Of a DNA stretch of 58,298 nucleotides, positions 27,381 to 40,564 are shown piece after piece. A program made the translations under genes and the position numbers. The notes below the pieces were generated by a model, which saw only the letters and a program-made list of their open reading frames with translations, ran no database searches and had not been told where the DNA came from. The DNA is taken from positions 496,001-554,298 of the forward strand of contig JAXLNO010005863.1 of NCBI GenBank assembly GCA_038087875.1, given 5' to 3'. The DNA is from Malacoraja senta. Its lineage: Eukaryota. How positions within the stretch are numbered: position 1 is the stretch's first letter; each line of letters begins with the position of its first letter.

Positions 27381-29625
27381 TAACGACATCTGCTTACCAT
27401 GCATCACCACAATTACATTGCAAATCATAGATCTATCTGTCTAAAACTGAATGTAATTTTACATATTTTGAAAATTTTGATTTCTAGGTTTGTAATTCAT
27501 CTTTGTCACTGTATCGTTTGAATTGATTCTGTTATTTTGATTAGTTATAATTCTTACCTATTACCTAACATTAATAATGTTAGCTTTGATATTAAATCTT
27601 TGTTTGTGTGGAAGAAATTAATTTGGAGGGAAATTAAAGGAAAACTAGACTAAGTGGGACCAGTTGGGTCCCAGTCACACGGGAGCCTGGTCCCCCAACG
27701 CAAACCATTCCCCAACAGGGGGGCGGGGATATGTGGGGGGTGCAGGGGACGGGAGGTGTGGGGGAGGGGTGTGTGTGTGGGGGAGGGGATGTGTGTGGGT
27801 GAGGGGGGGCATGTGGGAGAGAGGGGGATATGGGGGAGGGGAGGGGGTGTGCGGGCGAGAGGGTGTGGGTGAGGGGGGCTGTTGGGGAGGGGTGTGTGTG
27901 TGGGAGGAGGGGGTTGTGGGGGAGGGGGGTTTGTGGGGAGGGGCGTTTGCGGGAGGGGTGTGTGGGGGAGGGTGTGTGTGTGTGTGGGGGAGGGGCTGTG
28001 TATGGGATTGGCGGTGTGCGGGGGGGAGGGGGGTGTATGGCGGTGTGTGTGGGGTAGGTGGGGTGTGTGGGGGGAGAGAGGGTGTGCGGGAAGGGGGGTG
28101 GGGTGTGTGGGGCAAGAGAGGGTGTGGAGGAGGGGGGCGTGGGGGAAGAGGGGGAAGCAGTCAACATGATCTAAGACCTTTCCCACCCAAGTCAACATGA
28201 TCTAAGACCTTTCCCACCCAAGCCATTCATTCTTATCCTCACTCGGGCAGAAGATACAGAAGGTTGAAAGCGCTCACCACCATTCTCAGGAATAGCTTCT
28301 TCTCCTTTGGTATCAGGAAAAACCTTCCATAGGCTAGGGTACTGTCTAATTCCCCTCTACCTCATTGCAAACATTGAACCTTGTCTCTGGAATGGGTGCA
28401 CTACAATGCTGAAAAGTATATTCTGCACTCTGGATTTTTCCCTTCACTTTACCTATTGTACTTGAGTTTGGTTTGATGGTATTGACATGTAATATTATCT
28501 GATTTAATTGGACAGCATGCAAAATAAAGCTTTGCACTGTACCTTGGTACATGTTACAATAATGAACCTCGCCTGACCTGATGGCATACTTTGCAATTCT
28601 GTAATGGTACAGTATGTGAAGGAACATGGATGATGGCCATTTAGTAACAGTAAGGTCTTGGTCACTGGGTAGTGTTGAATGTTGTTCCTACTGTGGTGTA
28701 CTGCTTAATGACTGAACTCTATCCCAGTGCCATAAAGATTTTCTCCAGGCCTCTGAGCATTTCTTCTGTAGTTCCTCAAAATGACACGCGTCTCATTGAA
28801 ATCACCTTTTAATGTGTAATCTCCAGTCATACCCAGTCGTAACCCTGATGAGTCTTTCATCCCATTTATTTCAGATGTAGAATTAAATTGTCGCTCATAA
28901 GGAGCGGGACGGCACGATGCCAACCAATAAACATTTAACAGGGTGGTTCTCAAAGTGGCAGCTGCATCCCTGGCAGGCAGGATACAAGTGGGAGTGAAAG
29001 AGGAAGGGGAGTTGTTTTTTTGATTGAGAAGAACATCAAGGCAGTTGTCCAAAGCAACATTACCGTGAGGCTTTCTGGGTGTAGCTGAGAAATAAGAAGT
29101 GAATGATCACCTAGCTGGGAATTGTACTTTTGACACCCGAATAGTCAACAGGAATTAGAGGGAAAAATGTGCAGGAGAGATGGCATGGTTAGTACGTTTG
29201 CAGATGACTCTATAGCAGGTGGTCTTAGAGTACTTGAAAGAAATCCATATGGTCATGTGGAGTATGTTCAAACTCTAACCAGAAATGAGGTCTAGATTGC
29301 TGGAACAGTGAGACAACTGCATTATCTTGGTAGTTGGCAGCTATTCCACCAGCTGGCTAGCTTGGTGAGCTGGAGATACATGGGAGGTCACAAACCTTTG
29401 TTTTATACGCGCAACATGTGCAGATGTTCTTGGAAACAAAAATGTCACTGGGATCCTGGGAGGAAACGCAAGGTAGAGCTATATGGCTAAATGTGATAAG
29501 TGAAAAACAAGACTATCACAATCAGTAAGACTGGAGATGTGTATCATGCTGGTGAGTCTATCAATACCACAAACTAAGGGCAAGGCCTTTTTATAAGAAT
29601 CTTGCAAAACTTTTGAAGTGAGATT

Positions 29626-30260
29626 TAATAGAGAGATCAAATGAGAACTTACCAGTTTGAAGTTTGATCTTTATTTTATGAGAAGTTGCGATGAGGAATT
29701 ACGTGAAGAAGCCTGCCAGACCGCATGCGCGTCAATCTTCAAAGTAGCTGTATGAACCCACAGAATAGTTGCTGAACTAAGCTATAGAGAGATTGAAGGC
29801 TAAAACTACCGAATGATCTTTATGAGAATAGGGTTGGGAGGGCACGTAATCCCTCATCACAACTTCTCATAAAATAAACATCAAACATCAAACTGGTAAA
29901 TTCTCATTTAATCTCTCTATTTTATTTTGAAGTCCCGTGAGTGACTACGTGAAGATTTCAAAGCTCTGTGGTTTCATACTGTGACATAATCTGTGTGTGA
30001 AACACTAAACAGATAAACCATTAATGGCAGGAAAACATGAGGTATTAATATCACGACGCTAACTTGCATGCAAGGCCATTGCTCTAAACTGGCCTGTAGT
30101 TCCAATAAACTGTTGAGTTAGACAATAACTTATGCAACATTGTGCATAAATCTATCTGGAAACATCCAGACATATTCCACCAAATTTTATAATTTATTAA
30201 GCAGCTTTATGTAAACCTCATGCTGTATGATGAAAGGGAACCCATTGTATTGGCTGCTAA
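29626..30260 (-). mobile_element. DIRS1-type 3' remnant (ITR plus ICR), related subfamily
   Basis: GAGAACTTACCAGTTTGAAGTTTGATC is followed by its complement at 29841-29915, then GTCCCGTGAGTGACTACGTGAAGATTTCAAAGCTCTGTG, as in 35593-35950. Confidence 0.85.
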
Positions 30261-31709
30261 TGAGCCATCAGTAATATATTGAGAGTATTGAAAGAAAAGA
30301 ACTATCTTTCATATCATAGGCACTAGCAGCAGAGTGCACTTGTATACCTAATGACATCCCTGATCTCTGCTGTGGTGGGTATGCTGTCAACCTCAAATGC
30401 ACACAATCCTGCTCATTTGCTTATGAGATTATTTCTATAACAAGCTACCCTAATGTCAGTATGACGTGGAGACAAAGCCAGAGATTGAGCAAGGATGTGT
30501 TCTTGATGCTGAGATCAGCTGCTGAAAGCATAATCATCTTAAGATACTGGTCCCATTAGGAAAAGTTTTGAGGCATATTTGCATAACGTTATAACTGATA
30601 TGCATTGCACATTGCAATGAGTGTAGGCTATTAGAGTGGTTAAATGAAAGACACCCTGCATAACGTTGGAGAATAGTGGGTGAAGAACTAATCATTTATG
30701 TCCCACTTATGGTATTACCGAAATGTTAAAGCAGCACAAGCAATGAAAATTGTGCTGTCCCATAAAGTTTCTCTAGGTTCAAACTGGAAGCCACACAAAC
30801 CTCTGTTACTTCCGTATAGAATTGACTCACATATGTTGTTCACAAGCTTCTCATACAATCGTGCAGAGCTAGCTGGCCGAGAAGACAGGCTGTCCCAGCC
30901 ATCACACATGAAGGAGTAAATAAGTGTTGCTTCAGCCGTCTACCATGGCGTGACTGAATAGGTAAACTGGTACTGTTAAATTCCATGTTGCCTTAAATGT
31001 AATATAGCCAAAATATCTACCGACAACGCAAAAGATTTATCATTTGCAATTTTGCATAATACCCAAAACTCGGTGACATAATGCCCTTAATCTGAGAAAG
31101 GCAGCATAGGCTTTCACCACTAGCTTTGTTATAAAACAGCAGAAACTGTGCCTATGTGTATAGATATGACAGAGTATGCAACTACAAGATCGATTCTCTG
31201 AGTTAGTTAAATTGCAGACACCCAATCATCCATCTTAAACTGGGTAAGTGAACCCACAATTTGATTAGCTTAATGCTAACCCGATTAGGCCTGCAGCATA
31301 TTTCTGTAATCTTGAGAAATATACCCATCTAGTCATTGGTCAGACCACACATCCTCGAAATATAATTCAATACCCTCAGAGATTTTCATGAGTTTCACAT
31401 CTGATATTCACTACCAGAACTTAATGAAATGGTTAGTGACTCGAAGGTCATGCTGAAAACTCTGGTTAAAGGGTGCAACTTCATGTTGTTTTCTTTTCAT
31501 TGGGCGCTGAGGAATCAGTTAAGGTTTAGTTTTTTAGAGTTTAGAGATACAGTGTGGAAACAGGCCCTTCAGCCCACTTAGTCCGTGCCTTGCTCCAATA
31601 TAATAATGTTTTAAAAGCAATTATGCTGAGAACAGAAGGTCATTCTTAACAGAATAGATTCATAGATTCATAGCATGGACTTGACAACCTCTTTACCGAA
31701 TATTTATGC

Positions 31710-32160
31710 CTCCAAGGCTTAATGGATCTCCCAGTTGCTCTACATTTCAACTCTCTTTCCCAATCCCACACTGACCTTTCTTTCCAGGCCTCTTCCACTG
31801 CTAGAGTGAGGCCACATGCAAATTGGAGAAACGATACCTCATATTCCGCCTGGGCAGGTCGAAAACCAATGGTATGAATATTAAATTCATCAATTTGAGG
31901 TAACTAACCCACAAAGCCCCCTTCCCCTTTCCCATTTCCCCCCTCCCCACACTACCCACACTCCTTCCCCTGAACCCTGGCTATCCTTGTTTCTCCCCTT
32001 TCCCTGTCCATTTCTTTGCATCACTTCTGGCTACACAATTCAAAATGTTTCTATCCCCAAGCTTCACAATTCACAACCATTCATCCCTTTAGAGCTCACA
32101 TTTGTCTTCATTCTGGCCTTTGTCCAACAATCTGCCTATCAAAGAAAACCATCATCTGTG
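31710..32160 (+). mobile_element. Penelope-like GIY-YIG 3' fragment
   Basis: Similar to 820-980 (CCAGTTGCTCTACATTTCAACTC...AAATTGGAGAAACGATACCTCATATTC). Confidence 0.7.
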
Positions 32161-33100
32161 ATAGACAAATCCCCTGAGCCTGAAGATATATATCCATGGA
32201 CACTGTGGGAAGCTAGAGCGGAAATTAGAGGAGCCCTCTCGGAGATTTCTGAGTCATTGTTAAATACAGGCGAGGTGCCAGAAGACTGGAGGGTGGCAAA
32301 TGTTGTGCCTCTATCCAAGAAGGGTTGCAGGGAAAATGCTGGAAACTATAGGCCAGTGAGCTTAACATCTGTGGTTGGAAAGTTACTAGAGAGCATTCTG
32401 AGGGGCAGGATATACAGGCATTTCGATGGACAAGTACTGATTTGGGATAGTCAACATGGTTTTGTACATGGGAGGTCGTGTCTCACAAATCTGATTGAGT
32501 TTAGAAACATAGAAAATAGGTGCAGGAGTAGGCCATTCGGCCCTTCAAGCCAGCACCGCCATTCAATATGATCATGGCTGACCATCTAGAATCAGTACCC
32601 CGTTCCTGCTTGCTCCACATATCCCTTGATTCCAATTTTTGAAGACGTGACCAAAAAGGTTGATGAGGGCAGAGCTGTGGATGTTGTATACATGGACTTC
32701 AGCAAAGCATTTGACAAGGTTCCGCATGGTAGGCTGCTCTGTAAGATTAGATCCCATGGGATTCAAGGAGAGATGGCAGTATGGATAGAAAATTGGCTTC
32801 ATGGAAGGAAGCAGAGGATGATGGCGAAAGGTTGCTTTATGGACAGGAGGCCTGTGACTAGTGGTGTACCTCAGGCTTTGGTGCTGGGCCCATTACTGTT
32901 TGTCATCTATAGCAGTGATTTGGATGAGAACGTACAAGGCATTGTTAGCAAGTTTGCAGATGACACAAAAGTGGGTGGTATTGTGGATAATGAAGAAGGA
33001 TGGCAAAAATTGCCACAGGATCTTGATCAGTTCAGCTGGTGGGCTGAGGAATGGTTGATGGAATTTAATACAGAGAAACGTGAGGTGTTACACTTTGTTC
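32160..33100 (+). mobile_element. CR1 RT fragment with an inverted CR1 3' tail nested at 32503-32636
   Basis: The RT sequence CTGATTGAGTTT|TTTGAAGACGTGACC is interrupted by a reverse-oriented tail. Confidence 0.85.
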
Positions 33101-33164
33101 AGAAACTGCCTGTAGTTATTATCAGACTCATATCATCCATTCTGGAACATTATAGTATTAATGT

Positions 33165-33465
33165 TTAGTTTAGTTTAGAGATACAGCGCGGAAACAGGCC
33201 CTTTGGCCCACTGAGTCCGCACCGACCAGCGATCCCCGCAAATTAACACTATCCTACACATAATCGGCACAATTTATTCTTTTACCAAGCCAATTAACCT
33301 ATATACCTGTACGTCTTTGGAGTGTGGGAGGAAACCGAAGATCCCGGAGAAAACCCACAGGGAGAACATGCAAAACTCTGTACAGACAGCACCCGTAGTC
33401 GGGATCGAACCTGGGTCTCCAATGCTGCAAGAGTTGTAAGCCAAAAACTCTACCGCTGCGCCACT
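33165..33465 (-). mobile_element. V-SINE-like SINE, second copy
   Basis: Same head, core and tail as 4785-5075. Confidence 0.8.
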
Positions 33466-34942
33466 GGGCTGGCTTGTGTGGAAATTACTGAGCCAACCTG
33501 CGATAATTGCATTGATTGAACGGGCTGTAAAGTGCATTCATTTCTCTGAAGTTATTTAATTTGTTAGAATGAGCAGTGCCAAAGATTTCATCCAGTTGCT
33601 CTTCTGTGTGGAAACTGGGATTGGATCGTTTTGCACCGTCTTGTATTAATTCATAGTTCTAACAGCAAAGCAAATTGAAAATCCCAGAAACAAAGTGAAA
33701 GGAAACTCCTAGCTCATATTTCCAGTAATTTATCCAAAATTAATGTCAGTGTTTCAGTGATTCCAATAGGGTCCCAACTTGAAATGTCGCCTATCTATTC
33801 CCTCCAGAGATGCTGTCTCACCCGCTGATTTACTCCAGCACTATTGTGTTTTGTTCATAATCCCAGCATCTGTAGTTCCTTGTTTCTCCATTCCAGCAGT
33901 TTGAAATTACCTTTGACAATGTCTGAATAAACATTTAGAATGGGATATAGGTATCTGGACTATTGTTTGTGTTTATTTATGTGGAGTGTTAGCTTTGGAG
34001 GGTCATGTTATTTGGAGGGTTAAGTTATTTATATGTTATTAATGAAACAGATTGGTGTAAAAACATTTATTTTGCACTGTGTTTTTTTTGTGATGGTTTG
34101 TGGTGATATAATGTTCCCCTAAAATGTTGAATACTACATTTTCAATTAAATCAAAACATTAGAAAAAGATGACAAAAGTTTAAAATATATATATTTAAAA
34201 TTAAATGAGGCAACCAGGCCCTTAAACAGCTTTAACAGCAAGTAACGCCACCTGTATCTGTACCTTTTTGTCTTTAAAAAAAGCACTGATTTCATTCCAT
34301 TTCTTCTCATAGTGATAAAAATGAATGCTATCGAGGAACTATTTGGCTATTGGGGATTTCTGTGTTTTTCTTGGAAATATCTAAACATTTCCTAATATTC
34401 CAGTCAACGTGCTGTTCAATTGCCAAAGGACTCTTCAATGCAAATTTCCCATCTTCATTAAACTGGCATTAACAAAGTTCTGTGGTGAAACCACTCCCAG
34501 TTGCTATGAAAACACCATTTTTTTTCAGTGAAATCTTCCAGTCATCATAAAACTGTTATTAATAATGGTCTGTGGTTGCAGTTACGGTGGTGGGTTTCCA
34601 GCTCGTAGGGAAAAATTGTGATGTATTTTCCAGATTTGCAAAGTCATCTAACTGGGAATCACTTTTGTACCATTCTTGTTCGTCCTTCTCTCGTGTAAAC
34701 TGTACCAGATAGCTGGAAGGTTGTGAATGAGGAACACAGTAATTCTTAATGGTCTACCCAAACTACCTATAGAGTCATGATAAACACAGGTGTGCCTGGA
34801 TTGACTTCAAATTGATGGAGAAAACAAAGTGGGAATGACAGCGAAATACTGTCAGAAGGACCTGCAGATGCTGGTTTAGATTGAGGATAGACTCAAAATG
34901 CTGGATTAACTCAGCAGGACAGGTAGCATCTCCAGATAGAAG

Positions 34943-34980
34943 GAATGGGTAACGTTTCAGGTCGAGACCCTTCTTCAGAC
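34943..34980 (-). ncRNA. Minimal type I hammerhead ribozyme motif (Penelope-associated)
   Basis: Reverse complement reads GTCTGAAGA-AGGGTCTCGACCT-GAAACGTT-ACCCATTCC. Confidence 0.55.
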
Positions 34981-34984
34981 TCGA

Positions 34985-35028
34985 AGAATGGTCTGAAGAA
35001 GGGTCTCGACCCGAAACGTCACCCATTC
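34985..35028 (+). ncRNA. Minimal type I hammerhead ribozyme motif (Penelope-associated)
   Basis: CTGAAGA at 34993-34999, stem II GGGT-CTCG-ACCC, GAAAC, and a GTC cleavage triplet at 35018-35020. Confidence 0.65.
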
Positions 35029-35592
35029 CTTGGGTGATGTTGACTGACCCACTGAGTTACTACTGCATTTTGTCTTTTTCCTTAGGAACACAATCCACCG
35101 GTTTCCTTAGTTGATTCTCAACATTTTGATCTGGAAATGCACTTTGCGTACATTCCATTAATTCATCTTCCGCCATGTTACAGCAAATTTGTTTTGTCCA
35201 GTCCATGTAAAGGTTAAAGTCTCCCATAATTACTGTATTTCACATATCACATTTGCCATATCGACTATATATATGCCATATATTTGCCATATCATCTATA
35301 CCTCTCGTTTCACTTTTCCCTAACTAGTCTGAAGAAGGGTTGTGACCCGAATCGTTACCCATTCCTTCTCTCCAGAGATGCTGCCTGTCCCGCTGAGTTA
35401 CTCCAGCTCTTTGTGTCTATCCAGTTTAAACCAGCATCTGCAGTTGCTTCCGACACAGAGCAACTTGGTTATGGTGTTCCTTTTAACAGAAAGCAAGTTT
35501 TATTGCTGGGTTTTATTGACTTTTTAAATGGGGTCTGGTTGGTCTGCTCTGTGATGCTTTTGGCAGGTTCAGGCTGAACTAGATGAACATCT

Positions 35593-38500
35593 AAAATAGT
35601 AAGATTAAACGAGAACTTACCAAGTTTGAAGTTTGATCTTTATTTTATGAGGAGTAACGTTGAGGGATTACGTGAAGAAGCCCCGTCCAGCCGCACACGC
35701 GTCAATCTTTCAAAGCAGCGGAGTGACAATCACAGACGATAATTACTGAAGTATGATAGTAAGATGCATAAAGACTTAGAACTACCAGCTTGATCTTTTT
35801 ATGAGGGTGGGAGCGGAGGGCACGTAATCCCTCAACGTTACTCCTCATAAAATAAAGATCAAACTTCAAACTTGATAAGTTCTCGTTTAATCTTACTATT
35901 TTACTTCGGAGTCACGTGAGTGACTACGTGAAGATTTCAAAGCTCTGTGATTTCACACCGTGGATTCAAATCCAGGTGTTCACTGCATCGATTGACTCTA
36001 TTTGAGTAAGCACAATCAACAATGCATAACCACAACATTTGAATGTAATCAGTTAATGGTTTTATTTATTTTAATAAAAATAACTAAAATTAGGCCCATT
36101 TATAATATGGGGGATTTAATACTGTATCCAGCACGGCATCACCAAACCCTCTGAGATCTTTAATCTCCTTGTGGTAATACTTGTGAAACATCTGTTCACT
36201 TGCCCATCCTGCAGCCGCGAGAATAAGGTCTATTAGCACGCTGAATCCCTGGCCGCTGATGTTGATGCCGCCCTCGTGGAATGAGATTTAAATTTATCAG
36301 TATCAACACCTGAATATCTCAACACCTGTTTCAACCATCGTGAAATTGTTTGTGTTGATACTTTCTTATGAGGCTTTTTATGACTAATAAAAAATGCCAA
36401 TTCGGCACCTCTTAAAACTTTTGTTGTTTCTATGTAACATTTCACATATGTTACTACACACAGTCGTGAATCTGTCGGTAATGCTAAAAATTCCAACTTG
36501 CATCCTGTGGACCCAGGTCTACTTTGCTTCAGTAAATCATAGACATAGAATGTCACGGCATTTTGCCCTACTTTCATTCTATCAATTCTGAGTTTCTGTA
36601 ATGTTTGAACTCTCTGCGCTGAAACTAATGCCATGAGCATAACCAATTTCATGGTAATTTTGGATAATGACAGGGTTTCAACTGGATTCCAACTCCTTAG
36701 GAACATCAGTACATCTTTTACATTCCAAATTTCTGTATACCTGGGTCTGGGAGGATTAGAGTTGAAATTCCTTTCATAAACCTACAGACCCAAGGATGTT
36801 CTCCAATTGGAGTTTGTTCTGATTCACTGCTTAAATATGCAGAGAGTGCACTTCGTGCAGTATTAATTGCACTATAACTTAATTTCAATTCATAGTGTAG
36901 AGTTGAAAGAAACTCTATTACATCTGAAATTTCTACTGTGTTATATGCAATATTCTTTCCTGAACAAAACACCTCCCATTTCTTTATATAGGAAATGTAC
37001 TGCTTCTGGGTACTATTCCTCCAGGCTGCTGTCATAACCTCCACCGTACGGTCTGATAATCCTTTTCCAAGATATGCCTTCTTAGAATCTGCAAATCAAC
37101 AAACCAATACGATTATGTAAAGGATGTGATTCATTAGTCACAGGGTGTACAAGCAGTTCAATCTGCTTTGGAATAACCATAAGGGTTTTTTTGATCATTT
37201 TTAACACCAGTGGGTACCATACCTGTGTAGGCCAATCTGGTACTACCAAAATCCCTGAGGCTTGAATCTTGTTTAATTTTCTGTATGCATTTGTGGATTG
37301 AACAAAATGGTGGAAAAGCATACAGAAACATACCACCCCAATGTAGCGAGAAAGCATCCACCACTACTGCTCCAGGATCAGGTTCCTATGACACATACTT
37401 AGTCAACTGGTGGTTCAATCTTGATGCAACCAGATCACTTTCTGGCATTCCAAATTGTGTGATAATTTGTGTGAATATTTTCCGATTTAACATCCATTCT
37501 GTATTATCATTAAATTTACGTGATCTTTTGTCTGCAATTGTATTAATTTTTACCTGGTAAATATATTGCTGACAGCCAAATTTTTCTGCCAATACCCCAG
37601 GTCCAAATTTCATTTGCCAATTTATCACATGATTCTGATTTTATACCACCCATGTGATTTATGTATGCTACAGCTGTAGTATTGTCAACCTGTACCTGAA
37701 CATGCACATTTCCCATATCAGTGCAATAAGCTCTAAGGCCGTAAAATGCGCCTAATAGCTCTAGATAATTGATTCCCAGATTTTCCAGCAAAGGTACTTC
37801 ATTCACATTCCACCTACCTCCACAGCTGGAAATCATGTTAGTAGCGCCCCAACTCAGCACACTTACATCAGTCTGTAGAGTGACGGAAGGTGTTTCTACC
37901 AGAACTTTTCTGGAAGCATTAGAAACATTGTTAATCCACCATTCTATTTCTGTTATGGATTGAATTGTTAATTTCATGGGCCTATCAAAATGCCCTCTAT
38001 TCATTTTTAACGCTTGTACCTTAGCTCTCTGTAAACATTGATAATGCAATGGTCCAAACGTGACCGCTGGAAATCCTGCAATTAATTTGCCTAGCAAGCT
38101 TGCCACTTCTCTAATTGAAGGTGTGTCCTCGTTAATGAGTTTTATGCAACCTTCAATTAACTGCAGCTTTTTATCTTTTGGCAAAGTGATTACCATGTGT
38201 TCGGAGTTAATTGTGAACCCTAGCTAATCAATCTTTTTGCTTGGTAACAATTTAGATTTTTGTAGGTGAATAATGAAACCTAATTTCTCAAAATGTATTT
38301 GACTCTGGATACTGACAATTTTGCAGCAGCCAAAGTGTCCCGTACAATGAGGATATCATCTAAATAAGCCATTAATACATGGCCCTCAGCTCTTAACAGA
38401 GCTAAAATTTGGTTTGAGCAATTTAGTGAATAATCTTGGTGCTGAAATCAGACCAAGCAGAATAATATGCATTTTGCAGATCTATGCTTGCCTTATAGCA

Positions 38501-40564
38501 ATTCTTTGTGACTAGCTAAATTGCATTATTAAATGTTTCCATTTTGAAATGTTTCTATTGTACATAAAGGTTAAGATTTGTCAGATCGGAAATGATTCTA
38601 TATCCACCATCCCTTTTCTAGGAGAATATTCCTAGGAGAATATTTGACACAAACTGATGGTGTTGTTCTCCTGACATTTATATCATCCTTTGATTAACCC
38701 ATTCTCTTCCTTTGAGAAAATCCGTGACCAGTTTGAATTATGCTGAATTGGAGGATCCAAACATGGAGATAACTCAATTTTGAATCCTACAATGCTACAT
38801 AGAATAAATGAATCATTTGTTATTGATTGCCATTCTTTTAGGAAGAATCGTAACCTTCCCCCTATTTGTGAGTGTGAAACATTTGTTGTGTTTCTTACCA
38901 GACCAAGCCCCCTAACCTCGGGGTTTGCCACCGGCAGTTGTTGTCCCCTTCTAGTAGGCACATTGTAACCTCCACGTATCCTCGGTGCAGCACGTCAACG
39001 TGTATACGAGAATGATAGGATTGTTCCTTCTCCAGCACCACATTTCGCCTGTAGGGATACTGCCTTCTCACCGCTCTGCTCAGCACAGGTGATCCTTTAG
39101 TTTCTTTGCTAGATTTTCTCCAAAACAGATTTAGGCATTTGTATATTGCATGGTTTGCAGAGCCTGCATACTTAGGATGAATATTTGGTCTTATTGCATT
39201 TTTATGAATACAATTTATTTCAAAGTGCACACTACACATGAGTGCTACATTTTGTTGTGAATACGATATATAACCTTCATCCAAACCACTGACCCCAGAA
39301 ATTTCAGCACTTGTGTAATTTCAATTCTTGTGAGCGTAAACCATTGCTCAAATTCCCCATATCAAGTTTATTCACTGCTGTAACTGCTACAATTTCCCGG
39401 GTCTCATATTTTTTGATACTCTCATCCATGGTTAATTCCTGGGCTGATGGGAGAGTAGATAATTTATAGTCATAGCTATTTCCTCTCTCAAAGGTTCCCC
39501 TGTTACTCTGGGAACAGCAAAGTTTTGTGCCAGCCTTGGAACATTTTTGGCTCTGATAATGGGCTCTTGTCCTCATTTAAATCATCATCTAAATCTAGAT
39601 ATTCATTTTTATGTTGGGTAATTTCTGGCTCCCCTGTTTCAGGTAAGTCTCTGCCAGATTCCCCCTGCGCGGGCTCTCTTGTAGGCCCACGGACAGGCAG
39701 CCCTGCTTCAGGTGCTGCTGGCGCTGGCTCAATTCTAGGCCAACGCTTCATTATTTTTACTCTTTATATTTGTCGGTGCTGGCACATTTATCATTGCACG
39801 TTTGTGCTGCCTTTTGTTCAGGCATTTCTAGTACTGGCTCTCCAATAGGCCAACACATAACTTGCCTTTTTTCTGGCATTTTTGGGCACTGGCTCTCCTG
39901 TAGGCCAACCTCTTTAATGTTTCTGCACAGGCACTGATGGCTCTCCTGTAGGCCACCCTTGTGCCTGTTCCAAGGCACCTCCTGTGCTATACTTCATTGG
40001 CCAACACCGACTTAAATCCTCCTGTGGGGGTTCTTTACAAATCATCTGCCCCATAAGGAGTTAAAACGTTTTTGACCCTTGCAGTGTAATACTCTTTCCT
40101 GCCTGAGGAGGGCATACCTCCGGTTCTGACTCATCCGAGTCTACAGGTCGGGCCGATTTTTTTTTTCTCAGCCTTGCGCCCGCCCGCGGCGGTTTAACGC
40201 ACATTCGACCACAACGGGAGTTAATGGCTTCGCTGCCACTGACTCCCCTGACTGACGCCCGCTACCCTTAGGATCTGGGGTTTTACTACGGTGCGTCCCT
40301 GGCCGCCTCTCCTTCCCATTTCTCCATAATAAACTTGAGTGGAGCTCCACCAACAAGTCTAAATGGGAAGGAAACGCTCCTGTAAGTGAAAAGTAACTCC
40401 ACTTACCTTCCGACTTTTGTTTTACTTTTGTTTTACTCACCGGCTGGGGGAGCTCCTGCTCCTCCACATACGGTCATGAACGCTATGCGTCTGATCGACA
40501 ATGACGCGTGTGCGGCTGGACGGGGCTTCTTCACGTAGTCACTCACGTGACTCCGAAGTAAAAT
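35593..40564 (-). mobile_element. Structurally complete DIRS1-type tyrosine-recombinase retrotransposon, ORFs degenerate
   Basis: Inverted termini and a bipartite ICR at 35821-35934. ORF pieces: gag-like (about 40470-38900), RT (about 38960-38200), RNase H (37543-38196), methylase-like VDAF...YAFPPF (37082-37628) and YR (36150-37044; FKSHSTRAAST and GW...F..YY). Confidence 0.95.

Noticed and set aside
30400-31250. Short ORFs in unique sequence
   Set aside because: No recognisable motifs and no convincing splice-site pairing.
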